A stretch of DNA of 64,000 bases, taken from the sequence record PQ900156.1. The stretch is one strand, 5' to 3'. Both the position numbers and the translations under genes were made by a program. Positions 27,770-37,104 of the stretch are shown here, piece by piece. The notes under the pieces were generated by a model. That model had not been told where the DNA came from, did no database searches, and saw only the letters and a program-made list of their open reading frames with translations. Source of the DNA: Escherichia phage vB_EcoP_ShWW44. Positions within the stretch are counted from its first letter, which is position 1; every line of letters starts with the position of its first letter.

Positions 27770-28749
27770 TGAAAATAACCAACAATCATGATGTCTCACT
27801 GGCTCTGGCTGTATGGCTATTACATGACGAGTATGATTACGTAGACAATCCTAAGTATCTGTCTGTTACTACATTGCTTAAGCCCATTAAGCAAATCGTC
27901 ATGAAACATCGTGTAGATTTAAGTGACCAGTCAATTGATGTTATGGATTTTGTCTCCACATCAATGGGTACTGGTTTGCATGACTCTATCGAGAAAGCCT
28001 GGAAGCTGGGTCATAAGACTGCATTGAAGAAGTTGGGGTATCCTCAGCGAGTAATTGATGCAGTAGTCATTAACCCAACCAAAGCAGACTTTGATGCTAA
28101 CCCTGACCTTATCCCAATCTACATTGAACAGCGTGGAACCAGGGTAGTTAAGGGTTGGACTATCGGTGGTAAGTTCGACATCGTAACAGAGGGTCTGTTG
28201 CAAGACTTTAAGTCCACCTCAACCTATTCCTGGGTTGCTGGTTCCCGTGATGATGAACACAAGATGCAAGGCAGCTTGTACCGTTGGATTCATAACGACA
28301 TCATTACCGAGGATGTAATTCGTATTAACTACATCTTCACTGACTTCATGAAGCATATGGCTAATAGCAATCCAAACTATCCTGCTAATCGTATTATGCA
28401 TAAGGATATTCCGTTGCTATCTGTCGATAAGACTGAACGTTGGGTAGAAGAGAAGATTCACCTCATTGAGAAGTACTGGAATGCCCCTGAAGAGGAAATT
28501 CCTGAATGTACTGACGAGGAGTTGTGGCGAACAGAACCACAGTTCAAATACTTCTCTGATGCTTCTAAGGTAGATGTACCTGGAGCCAGAAGTACCAAAA
28601 ACTTTGACGATATGGCATCTGCTCGTATCTTCATGGCTGAAAAAGGTGGCAAGGGTGCTATCAAGGTCGTGGAGGGGCAGGTTAAGCGTTGTCTGTACTG
28701 CCCTGTCGCATCCATTTGCAAACAAAGAGAGAGATATTTTCCATCATGA
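27769..28749 (+). CDS. putative PD-(D/E)XK (RecB/Cas4-like) nuclease with C-terminal Cys cluster, 326 aa
   Basis: GKFDIV ... QDFK (D ... D-x-K), QGSLY (QxxxY) and C-terminal CLYCPVASIC (C-x2-C-x5-C). Confidence 0.45.
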   Translation: MKITNNHDVSLALAVWLLHDEYDYVDNPKYLSVTTLLKPIKQIVMKHRVDLSDQSIDVMDFVSTSMGTGLHDSIEKAWKLGHKTALKKLGYPQRVIDAVVINPTKADFDANPDLIPIYIEQRGTRVVKGWTIGGKFDIVTEGLLQDFKSTSTYSWVAGSRDDEHKMQGSLYRWIHNDIITEDVIRINYIFTDFMKHMANSNPNYPANRIMHKDIPLLSVDKTERWVEEKIHLIEKYWNAPEEEIPECTDEELWRTEPQFKYFSDASKVDVPGARSTKNFDDMASARIFMAEKGGKGAIKVVEGQVKRCLYCPVASICKQRERYFPS

Positions 28750-30899
28750 GTATTGACCTTACCGGAGTAGTGCATCATCCGGCGATTGAAGAAATCGTAG
28801 ATGTGCTCTGCAATAAAACCCAGAATAATGACCGGGGATTTTTCCGTGTCGAAGTAGCCTACTTCTTGGCTAAAATGGCATCCTGCATGGGTGCAACCAT
28901 CGTAACTAAAGATCGTGGTGACCTGCCGGTAAACATCTACGCTATAGCGTTGGCTACATCTGGTTTCGGTAAAGGTCACTCAGTAAATATCATTGAAGAC
29001 GGGTTCATGACTGGCTTCCGTAAACGCTTTATGGAAGACACCATGCCCGTCATTGCAAATGATCGTCTATGGAAGATTGCTAACGAACGCTCTGCACGGC
29101 AGGGTACTGACCAGCAGGAAGAGTTTGATAAAGTTGAGGCAGAGTATAAACGTGCAGGGGCATATCCGTTTACGTTTGACTCAGGTACTCCACCAGCAGT
29201 TAAACAACTACGCCATAAACTATTAATGGCTGGATGTGGTTCAATCAATCTTCAGATTGATGAAATTGGTTCGAACCTGTTGGCTAACATGGATGTACTA
29301 ACCTTGTTCCTGGAGTTATATGACCAGGGAAAAGTAAAACAGAAGCTAACCAAGAATACTGCTGAAAGCGTTCGTGGTGAAGAATTGGATGGCAAAACTC
29401 CAACTAACCTGCTGCTGTTTGGTACACCAAGTAAGCTACTGGATGGTGGTCAGACTGAAGACCAGTTCTATGGCTTTCTTGATATAGGGTATGCACGTCG
29501 CTGTCTGTTTGCCACTGGTCACTTAGACAAAAGAGCACATGCAACACTAACCCCGGAAGAAATCTACCGTAACTTGATTAAACAAGATAACGTACAGACC
29601 CTTGGTAAGTGGGCTAACCATTTCCATAGTCTGGCTGATCCAAACCTGTTTGGTTTTAAGATGGTTGTGGAAGATGCAGTGGGTATTGCTCTGATTGCTT
29701 ACAAAATTGATTGTGAGAAACAAGCAGAAGCTATGGCTGACCACGAAGAAATTCGTAAAGCTGAAATTTCCCACCGTTATTTCAAAGCACTTAAACTGGC
29801 AGGAGCACTGGCGTTTGTTGACCAGAGTTCATTCATTGAGATGACTCACCTTAAACAAGCAATTCTGCTTGTAGAAGAATCTGGAGCAGCATTCCAGACA
29901 ATCCTCAATCGTGAGAAGGCTTATGTGAAGCTGGCTAAATACATTGCTTCTGTAGGTAAAGAAGTAACTCATGCTGACTTGGTGGAGTCATTGCCTTTCT
30001 ATAAGAGCGGCAATGCAGCTCGTAATGAGATGATGACTCTTGCTACAGCATGGGGATATAAACAGCACATCATCATTAAGAAAACCTTCAATGAAGGTAT
30101 TGAATTCTTTCGTGGGGAAACTCTGAAAGAGACTGACATCAATGAGATGATAGTGGCATATAGTGATAGCTTTGCTTATGACTACATTGGTGAACGTGTA
30201 CCGTTCGACCAGTTGCATGTATTAACCCAAGCTCCCGGTATGCATTGGGTAAACCATCACATGAAGAATGGGCATCGTTCTGAAGAGAACGTTATTCCAG
30301 GATTTAACATGATTGTTATTGACTGTGATGGAGGAGTACCACTGCATACGTGCCATGAACTGATGAAGGAATATAAGTTCATGACCTATACCACTAAGCG
30401 TCATTCTGATGAAGAGAACCGATTCCGACTGATTATTCCAATGAACTATGAGTTACATCTCGATACTGAGGAATACAAAGAGTTCATGAATAACGTTATG
30501 TCTTGGCTACCGTTTGAAACGGATGAATCTGCTAACCAACGGGCCAAGAAGTGGATGTCCTGTGAGACTGGTTCCTATCATTACAATCTTGAAGCAAATC
30601 TGCTGGATGTGCGTGACTTTATTCCTCGTACTAGTAAGAACGAGCAGTTCCAGAACCAGATGAAGGAAGTACAGTCGTTGGATAATCTGGAGCGTTGGTT
30701 CGCTAGTCGTATTGCTACCGGTAATCGTAATAATCAAATGATTAAGTACGCACTGGCATTGGTTGACAGTGGTTGGGACTTTGCTCAAGTACAGCAAGCC
30801 GTCCACTCATTCAATAAGAAACTGGCTAATCCATTACCAGATGATGAATTGAATGCAACCGTAATGGTCACCGTGGCTAAACGCTTCGCTGGCAAGTAA
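28746..30899 (+). CDS. replication protein, primase/helicase-like (N4 primase-region homolog), 717 aa
   Basis: Large replication-module ORF; degenerate P-loop-like SGFGKGHS; IVIDCDGG segment; start moved to ATGA-coupled ATG at 28746. Confidence 0.45.
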   Translation: MSIDLTGVVHHPAIEEIVDVLCNKTQNNDRGFFRVEVAYFLAKMASCMGATIVTKDRGDLPVNIYAIALATSGFGKGHSVNIIEDGFMTGFRKRFMEDTMPVIANDRLWKIANERSARQGTDQQEEFDKVEAEYKRAGAYPFTFDSGTPPAVKQLRHKLLMAGCGSINLQIDEIGSNLLANMDVLTLFLELYDQGKVKQKLTKNTAESVRGEELDGKTPTNLLLFGTPSKLLDGGQTEDQFYGFLDIGYARRCLFATGHLDKRAHATLTPEEIYRNLIKQDNVQTLGKWANHFHSLADPNLFGFKMVVEDAVGIALIAYKIDCEKQAEAMADHEEIRKAEISHRYFKALKLAGALAFVDQSSFIEMTHLKQAILLVEESGAAFQTILNREKAYVKLAKYIASVGKEVTHADLVESLPFYKSGNAARNEMMTLATAWGYKQHIIIKKTFNEGIEFFRGETLKETDINEMIVAYSDSFAYDYIGERVPFDQLHVLTQAPGMHWVNHHMKNGHRSEENVIPGFNMIVIDCDGGVPLHTCHELMKEYKFMTYTTKRHSDEENRFRLIIPMNYELHLDTEEYKEFMNNVMSWLPFETDESANQRAKKWMSCETGSYHYNLEANLLDVRDFIPRTSKNEQFQNQMKEVQSLDNLERWFASRIATGNRNNQMIKYALALVDSGWDFAQVQQAVHSFNKKLANPLPDDELNATVMVTVAKRFAGK

Positions 30900-30955
30900 G
30901 CAAACAGGAGTCTTTCTTTGGTTTGAAGGACTCCTAAATTAAATGAGGAAAAATA

Positions 30956-31708
30956 ATGTCCGAAGTAATTCCCAATGATATGAACACTCAGCTAATCCTG
31001 ATTGCAGGATTCTCAGCGAGTGGTAAATCAGCATCACTGCGTAACATCCGGAACCAGGAACGCTGGCTCTATCTGAATACTGAAGCAGGTAAACGTCTGC
31101 CTTTCCGTAATAAGTTCAATACCTACAACATTGAAGACCCATACCAAATCTGGGAAGCATTTGATGTTGCATCTCCTGGTGGAGAAATGGCAGATGATGT
31201 TGATGGTATCATCATTGACTCAGCAACCTTTATGATGGATATGCTGGAATCTCAGTATGTACTGCCTTCTGCAAACACACAAAAGGCATGGGGTGACTTT
31301 GCACAGTTCTTTAAGATACTGCTGCAACAGAAAGTCGTTAAGTTTGGTAAGCCAGTGATTATTACTGCTCATGCTAAAGACGAACTGGATGAAGCTGCTG
31401 GTGTGATGAAAACGTTCATCCCAGTGAAAGGCTCTCTGAAGAATAACGGGCTTGAAGCCTACTTCTCTACTGTGGTTTACGCAGAACGTGTAGACATCAA
31501 AGAACTGGAGAAGTATGGGAACAAGATGTTAGAAATTACGGAAGAGGAACGTGACTTAGGATATAAGCACGTATTCCAGACCCGTCCAACTAAGAAGTCG
31601 GTTGGTAAACGACTTCGTTCCCCAATGGGTATGTTCGATAAGTCCGAGACTTACATTGATAACGATGCCCAGAAACTCTTAGACCATCTGGCTGAATACT
31701 ACGCTTAA
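30956..31708 (+). CDS. P-loop ATPase (AAA_24/Sak4-like), 250 aa
   Basis: Walker A GFSASGKS, Walker B IIIDS. Confidence 0.55.
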   Translation: MSEVIPNDMNTQLILIAGFSASGKSASLRNIRNQERWLYLNTEAGKRLPFRNKFNTYNIEDPYQIWEAFDVASPGGEMADDVDGIIIDSATFMMDMLESQYVLPSANTQKAWGDFAQFFKILLQQKVVKFGKPVIITAHAKDELDEAAGVMKTFIPVKGSLKNNGLEAYFSTVVYAERVDIKELEKYGNKMLEITEEERDLGYKHVFQTRPTKKSVGKRLRSPMGMFDKSETYIDNDAQKLLDHLAEYYA

Positions 31709-31717
31709 GCGTTTGCC

Positions 31718-31744
31718 TGGTTGTTAATCACTTATTAGGAAAAT
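31718..31744 (+). promoter_or_regulatory. conserved leader motif TGGTTGTTAATCAC..TTAGGAAAAT (copy 2, upstream of SSB-like gene)
   Basis: Matches 5979-6004 with one mismatch and one indel. Confidence 0.4.
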
Positions 31745-31747
31745 CAT

Positions 31748-32551
31748 ATGTCATTGTTCAGTAATCTGAAAGAAAAAACCAAAAACGTTGAAGCTGTTAA
31801 AGACTCCCTGGGTGGTGGTGGCTTCGGTGCAAAAGAGTCCGATATCTACACTGGTACTGTAAAAGTAGCTTACGTAGGCAAAGCTGACTCTGGTGCAGAC
31901 TGGATGCAGTTAATCATCGAAGACCTGAAGAACTCAGATAGCGTACCTGCCGGTGAGTTCCGTGCTCAGGTGTACTTCACTTCTGGTAATGCTAAAGGTA
32001 ACAAGCCGACTTACGAGAAGAACGGTAAAGAATACTTCCTGCCTGGCTACACTGTCATTAATGACATGATGCTGATGGCTACTGGTACTGAACTGCCTGA
32101 AGCAGACTTCGAAGAGAAGATTGTTAAAGTCTACGATTTCGATGCTAAAGCAGAAGTTAATAAGTCTGTCATGGTTCCAGTTGAACTGGTTGGGCAGACT
32201 GTTACCTTCGCTCTGGAAAAGGTTCTGGAATCCAAGCAGGTTAAGGGTGACAACGGTTACGTTGATTCCGGTGAAACTCGTGAAGTAAACGAGATTCAGA
32301 AAGTGTTTCACCCGGAACTGCTGGTCACAGTCGTCGAGGCTCAGGAAGCAGAGAAGGCTGAGAAAGAACTGACCCCAGAACTGGCTGTATTCTATGCAGC
32401 ATGGTTAGAGAAGAACAAAGGCAAGACTCGTGATAAGACCAAGGGTTCTGCTGGTGGTAATGGTAAAGGTGGCTTACCTCCTAAACCAGGTGCAGGTGCT
32501 GGCACGGGTACTGCTCCTGCTGGTGGTAAATCACTGTTCGGTAAACGTTAA
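31748..32551 (+). CDS. single-stranded DNA-binding protein-like (N4 SSB-like), 267 aa
   Basis: Size and position as recalled for N4 gp45; Gly-rich flexible C-terminal tail; no OB-fold motif verified. Confidence 0.45.
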   Translation: MSLFSNLKEKTKNVEAVKDSLGGGGFGAKESDIYTGTVKVAYVGKADSGADWMQLIIEDLKNSDSVPAGEFRAQVYFTSGNAKGNKPTYEKNGKEYFLPGYTVINDMMLMATGTELPEADFEEKIVKVYDFDAKAEVNKSVMVPVELVGQTVTFALEKVLESKQVKGDNGYVDSGETREVNEIQKVFHPELLVTVVEAQEAEKAEKELTPELAVFYAAWLEKNKGKTRDKTKGSAGGNGKGGLPPKPGAGAGTGTAPAGGKSLFGKR

Positions 32552-33105
32552 TGAAAATCCCAATTGTCGGTGCAGACATTAGTCTCCGCAATTGGGGTTT
32601 AGCTCGTGGGATGCTGGACATTGAGTCCGGCGTCTTTGAGCAGGTCGAACTTAAGCTGGTTCAAACTGGAGTTGACCACAACAAACAAGTTCGAACCAAC
32701 TCCAAAGATATACAAGCCGCTCACGATTTGTTTCTTGGTTGTGAGGAATGGATACGATCTGCTAAAGCAGTATTCGTAGAAGTACCGGTAGGCTCTCAGT
32801 CTGCTAACGGTATGAAATCCTACGGTGTATGCGTAGGATTAATAGGTGCATTTCGTGCATTGGGTTGTCCAATCTTTGAAGTATCCCCAATTGAAAACAA
32901 ACTTGCACTGGTAGGTGATAAAACTGCAGCCAAGGACACGATGATTCGTGCTGCTCATGCCATCTATCCTGAAGCCAACTGGCTCACTGATAAGAAAGGC
33001 AAACTTCTGAATAAGAATGAGCACTTAGCTGATGCAATCGGTGCAATCCATGCTGGTGTAAATCTCCCAGCTTTCCAGAACCTTATTAAGTTATTAAAGG
33101 CGTAA
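32551..33105 (+). CDS. RuvC-like Holliday junction resolvase, 184 aa
   Basis: N-terminal IVGADISLRNWG, central FVEVP, C-terminal HLADAIGAIHAG pattern. Confidence 0.65.
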   Translation: MKIPIVGADISLRNWGLARGMLDIESGVFEQVELKLVQTGVDHNKQVRTNSKDIQAAHDLFLGCEEWIRSAKAVFVEVPVGSQSANGMKSYGVCVGLIGAFRALGCPIFEVSPIENKLALVGDKTAAKDTMIRAAHAIYPEANWLTDKKGKLLNKNEHLADAIGAIHAGVNLPAFQNLIKLLKA

Positions 33106-33106
33106 T

Positions 33107-33550
33107 ATGCAAATCATTTTGAACCAGTCCGAAGTAGAAGCTGCTGTACAGGCTTATGTAGATGATCAAATCAATCTTGCTGGTGACATTAATATTGTCA
33201 TCAATGCAGATGGTACTGCCTCTGTTGGTATCAACGAAGAGGTAAGTCACGAAGATGACTCCCCACCCGTGGTAGAGAAGAAAACTCGTCGTTCTCGTAA
33301 GAACCCACAAGAAGCTAAACACCGTCCGGTAGAACCAGAGCCGGAAGAAGTAGTTGGAGAGCTAAAGGTGGAAGAAACCCAGACCTCTACTGGTGGTCCG
33401 AACGAGAGTTCTACGCCGGAACCTGAAGAAGAAGCAGTAGCTGAACCAGAAGCACAAGAAGAAGTTGTGCAGGAAGAGGTTAAGGCTGAAGAACCGGCAG
33501 AGAAACCTGCTACTAAGCCTTCACTGTTCGCTGGCCTAAAACGTAGTTAA
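33107..33550 (+). CDS. acidic, Glu/Pro-rich low-complexity protein, 147 aa
   Basis: ORF; compositional bias. Confidence 0.45.
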   Translation: MQIILNQSEVEAAVQAYVDDQINLAGDINIVINADGTASVGINEEVSHEDDSPPVVEKKTRRSRKNPQEAKHRPVEPEPEEVVGELKVEETQTSTGGPNESSTPEPEEEAVAEPEAQEEVVQEEVKAEEPAEKPATKPSLFAGLKRS

Positions 33551-33558
33551 TCTGGTAG

Positions 33559-33720
33559 GTGGCTCAGAAGCTGCTGCTAGGTGTGGTAGTGTTTATAGTC
33601 CTGATGCTACTACTGGTCAGGATTATAGACGTGTCGGCTCCATACATAGCTTTTATCATCACTGTCATTATCCTGTGGAAATGCAGTGGTAAACACGGTG
33701 GTGACAAGCCGCCAGAGTAA
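33559..33720 (+). CDS. small hydrophobic peptide (38-53 aa depending on GTG 33559 or ATG 33604 start)
   Basis: Manual read; single predicted TM helix. Confidence 0.25.
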   Translation: MAQKLLLGVVVFIVLMLLLVRIIDVSAPYIAFIITVIILWKCSGKHGGDKPPE

Positions 33721-34352
33721 CAACAACCGAACCAGTGTGCAGGAATACTCTCCCCTGTGCATTGGTTCAACTGAAGCTAATATGAACAAATTTACTATTC
33801 ACTGGCTCAATGGAAAGGTTAGTTCTTTCATGGGTGAAGAACCCGTTGAAGGAAAGAAAGTATTTCACATTGAATCGGAAGGATGCAAAATCTTAGTACC
33901 GTATGCTTGGTATAAAGAAGGTGAAGTAGAAGCATTAAAAAAGAGTAGTTAATATCGTGAAGGGTTCTGTTAGAATCCTTTGAGATAGGAACTCCTATCA
34001 TAACCTTTCTTAACTTAATCCTTGCCGTATGGCACTGACGCTAGGGTTTATGCCCATCCGTCAGGTAGACTATTTTAAGAATGGGTTATCACAGAAAATG
34101 TAAAGCAACATTCGGGTTAATCAATGGCCTCTCTCTATAGGGGCCATTTCTGAATCTTAGGCTATATCCCAAAGGTTAGTATCTTTGGGATAAGGCTTCA
34201 GATCCCTTATAAACTAACGCTCATGTTGAGCATAACACTAACCCCTACTGGCGGGTAATTCGATACGCTAGTCCTACAGCATCGAATTGTTAGGTCTTAC
34301 ATGCAACATAGGGTATAAAGGGAGGATTCGTCCCCTCCCTCCTATTATAATG

Positions 34353-34422
34353 GTCGGGGTAGCACGTAGGCATGTGCAGAAGGTCGCTACTTCTCTCGCT
34401 GGTTCGAATCCAGCCCCTGACC
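34353..34422 (+). tRNA. tRNA-like element 1 (non-canonical; isotype not assignable by hand)
   Basis: T-arm GCTGG-TTCGAAT-CCAGC; 7-bp acceptor pairing GTCGGGG/CCCTGAC with one G-U; D-stem GCAC/GTGC; short variable region; anticodon loop ambiguous. Confidence 0.35.
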
Positions 34423-34878
34423 TACTGACATCCTATCAATGAGTACATTAGGCTAACGTGCGGAGGTTTACACTGTAGCCGGTGTAGGTGGAGAAGACGG
34501 CAGGGTAGCTACCTGTGCTTAGTGTACTCTTTGATAGTTTTCGTAAGCGATTATGCGGTTTTTTAGAAATGAACCAATAACATAAATGCAAACGATGATG
34601 TTGTTCTGATGGCGGCGTAATAGCCTGTAAGTCAGCAAGGTCTTCCTATTCCTTGTAAATAAATTCGGCGCAGTGGCCCGCTGTAATTAATAATGGGCAC
34701 ACAACAGGTAAGAGCATTGGGTAATGTCAGCCTTGGTTCGAAGTCGAAAGACATGCGGTAATACCCAGCCAAAGTTCCAGTGCTCTTTCCGTTGTGGAAA
34801 TGCAAGCACAACAAGTCCAGACGATATCTGAGTGACTTTAAAAACAGATGGAGCCAGGTGGAATCCCTGGCAATCTAT

Positions 34879-34944
34879 TCCGGTGTAGGTACTAGTGTCG
34901 TGCACGGCATGAGTGTTCTGGTTCGAGTCCAGACGCCGGAACCA
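34879..34944 (+). tRNA. tRNA-like element 2 (T-arm + acceptor stem + encoded CCA; body too short)
   Basis: T-arm TCTGG-TTCGAGT-CCAGA; acceptor TCCGGTG/CGCCGGA; discriminator A then CCA; only about 63 nt before CCA. Confidence 0.3.
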
Positions 34945-34946
34945 AT

Positions 34947-35070
34947 TACCAGTTGCACGAGATGGCTTGGCATGTTCAAGTTTGGACTAAGTGTGACACC
35001 GCTAGATTGGAGGGCTGCTGCGGTAAGCTATAGACTCCAACCGGGGGTTCGAATCCCTCACTGGTAACCA
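34947..35070 (+). tRNA. tRNA-like element 3 (T-arm + acceptor + CCA, about 124 nt, possibly with insertion)
   Basis: T-arm GGGGG-TTCGAAT-CCCTC; acceptor TACCAGT/ACTGGTA perfect 7 bp; CCA encoded; starts 2 nt after element 2. Confidence 0.25.
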
Positions 35071-35172
35071 ATTCAAAGTAGCATTGCACTAATCCATCCC
35101 GGAGTTCAAAGACCAAACATGGAGCAGTGCTACTTTGAATTAGAAGAATTAAGGTGGGTCTGGTGAAGTAGA

Positions 35173-35265
35173 TAGGGTTCGATTCCCTCCGGTAGAGTAA
35201 TCTACTAGCGTGCTTGGTGCATGAATAAGACTTAATACTGGTGGTTCGATTCCATCCCCCACTAC
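35173..35265 (+). ncRNA. two further tRNA T-arm-like motifs (GGGTTCGATTCCC and GGTTCGATTCC, the latter followed by CCCCACT-A-CCA) without an identifiable 5' acceptor partner
   Basis: Read directly; spacing 67 nt, too close for two full tRNAs. Confidence 0.2.
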
Positions 35266-35794
35266 CAATTTGAGGTGTAACAGTTAAATCCAGTTGCCGG
35301 AAGTGCTATTCTAGATACGCTGCCAATGTGTGAACGGTAAGGCTGTACAGGACTCGGACTCCCACCTCAAACCAAAGTCGCCAGGTACTTATGGCAAACG
35401 GGTAGTAACGAACTAGTCATTCGTCAAACGCCCAACCTATTACGAGTCAGCAAGAACGCCTTCACTTAAACTTAAACAATATGAAAGCTTAACGCAGATA
35501 ATATGTAGGGGTATGTAAGGATTGCGAAGAAGGAGCCAGTTAAAGCCTGGCATGACTCACCTATTAATAGAGAACATAGTCCTGATTGCATTGCACTCTA
35601 AAGACAATGCCGGTGAGACAGTCCGGCACTCTAATTATTGTAAACATACCCACTGACGAGTGGGTATGAGTATGAGCAGACTATAATGCTCAAGTACAGT
35701 TATCTATTATCGGACTATCAATCCTGTTTGCTGGTACAAGCACCGGTGGTAATAGTTAACTGGCCTAGTCTCGTTAGCTGCGTTAAAGCTACTG

Positions 35795-35820
35795 AGTCCC
35801 TCTTCGGAGGAACTTTTTTA
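35795..35820 (+). terminator. rho-independent terminator (AGTCCCTC-TTCG-GAGGAACT + T-run)
   Basis: Read directly; ends the ORF-free region before the next gene. Confidence 0.55.
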
Positions 35821-35841
35821 TTTGAAAGTAGGAGAAATACT

Positions 35842-36117
35842 ATGGCTAAATATCGTAAAAAACCTGTTGAGATTGAAGCTTTTCAATGGGACGGTAGTCT
35901 TAATCTGAACAAAGAACCAACTTGGATAGTAGATGCTCTTCATAATGGGGTAGTCTGGTTCTCTGGGAAGGATAATAAATTATGTATCAGAACTCTGGAG
36001 GGTATCTTAACTGCTTCCCCCAATGACTATATTATCCAAGGTATACATGGGGAGCTATATCCGTGTAAACCAGATATATTCCTGGAAACCTATATCAAAT
36101 CAACAACCGTAAGCTGA
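35842..36117 (+). CDS. hypothetical protein (91 aa)
   Basis: ATG with strong AGGAG SD directly after terminator; track ORF start 35686 rejected. Confidence 0.5.
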   Translation: MAKYRKKPVEIEAFQWDGSLNLNKEPTWIVDALHNGVVWFSGKDNKLCIRTLEGILTASPNDYIIQGIHGELYPCKPDIFLETYIKSTTVS

Positions 36118-36263
36118 AACTATGATTGACCTAATTTCTACTCCGTATGCCTATGAGGTAACGGATAACCGAGGACATAAGTACTTGGTATTTGCAGGTA
36201 GCGTAGCCTATAACAACGCAGTCATGTTTAAGCACACACTAAAACCACTCTATGAGGTTAATA

Positions 36264-36644
36264 ATGGCAACAGTAAGTAAAGAAACAATCGAAGCTAAGA
36301 TTAAGAGCGTTTACTATTTTAACGGTGCTGATGCAGTGAAGTCTGCATTCGTTGACCCTTCTGCACTACCGGCAGATGATTTGGCTAACCTGGGTCTAAC
36401 AACCCATTGCATTATAATCCTGGAAAACGGATTCAAAATTGAAGGCGTATCTGCCTGTGTAGACCCAACTATCTATGATGAACAGAAGGGTCGTCAGTAT
36501 GCATATGAAAATGCATTCAATAAGATTTGGGAATTAGAAGGTTACCTACTACGTCAGGCACTGCATGAGAAAGAGGAGACTGCTAAAGATCTAGCTTCCT
36601 TTGCAGAAAACAACACCTGTGATGGTGGTGGTTGTACAATCTGA
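36264..36644 (+). CDS. hypothetical protein (126 aa)
   Basis: ORF; ATG at 36264 has GAGG SD; track start 36252 is an alternative. Confidence 0.5.
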   Translation: MATVSKETIEAKIKSVYYFNGADAVKSAFVDPSALPADDLANLGLTTHCIIILENGFKIEGVSACVDPTIYDEQKGRQYAYENAFNKIWELEGYLLRQALHEKEETAKDLASFAENNTCDGGGCTI

Positions 36645-36725
36645 TCCAAAGGTGTAAGGTAGTTTTTACCGAAAGGTACTGAACTACCCGACAAAGTAGC
36701 AAGGCTCAAAAAGCCAAAACAAAAC

Positions 36726-36753
36726 AAGCCCTCCTAGTGAGGGCTTTCTCATT
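36726..36753 (+). terminator. rho-independent terminator (AAGCCCTC-CTAGT-GAGGGCTT + TCTCATTT)
   Basis: Read directly. Confidence 0.55.
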
Positions 36754-36777
36754 TAATGGAAAGACTCTAGGAGCACT

Positions 36778-37071
36778 ATGGAACTCTTTAAGAAGGGTCA
36801 GCTTATACCAAAGCGTATTGGTGGATTACATGTCCATCGTAAAGCCCGACACCGTTTAACCTTTGGTTGTGATGTACAAATTGATGGTAATAGCTGGATT
36901 GCTGTACCGGATACAGGAATTGCAATGGTTCTCTGTAAGAAGTTAGGTATTCGCAGAAACAACGGTACTTACCAAAACGTAGATGCAGATTTTGTAGATA
37001 TTTACTTTGAAGCTAACAAGATTGATTATGTAATCAAGACTGGCAAAAAGATTCTTGTAGTTAAGAAATAA
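36778..37071 (+). CDS. hypothetical protein (97 aa)
   Basis: ORF with AGGAG SD; last rightward gene. Confidence 0.5.
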   Translation: MELFKKGQLIPKRIGGLHVHRKARHRLTFGCDVQIDGNSWIAVPDTGIAMVLCKKLGIRRNNGTYQNVDADFVDIYFEANKIDYVIKTGKKILVVKK

Positions 37072-37075
37072 AACA

Positions 37076-37102
37076 GAAGCCCCTCATTAGAGGGGCTTTT
37101 TC
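37076..37102. terminator. bidirectional terminator at the convergent junction of rightward and leftward gene blocks
   Basis: AGCCCCTC-ATTA-GAGGGGCT with T/A runs on both sides, between stops at 37071 (+) and 37105 (-). Confidence 0.65.
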
Positions 37103-37104
37103 AT

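Noticed and set aside
28689-28745. Upstream extension of the primase-like ORF
   Set aside because: ATGA-coupled ATG at 28746 is the more typical start.
30911-30939. Possible terminator after the primase-like gene
   Set aside because: Stem imperfect with a large loop and no T-run.
34735-34760. TTCGAAG motif resembling a T-loop
   Set aside because: No flanking T-stem or acceptor pairing could be formed.
34632-34905. Two overlapping minus-strand ORFs (60 and 72 aa) in the ORF-free block
   Set aside because: Opposite to local transcription direction, no RBS, overlap structured RNA elements.
34780-35067. 95-aa plus-strand ORF spanning the tRNA-like region
   Set aside because: Runs straight through T-arm/acceptor motifs, has no RBS and low-complexity translation; more likely non-coding.
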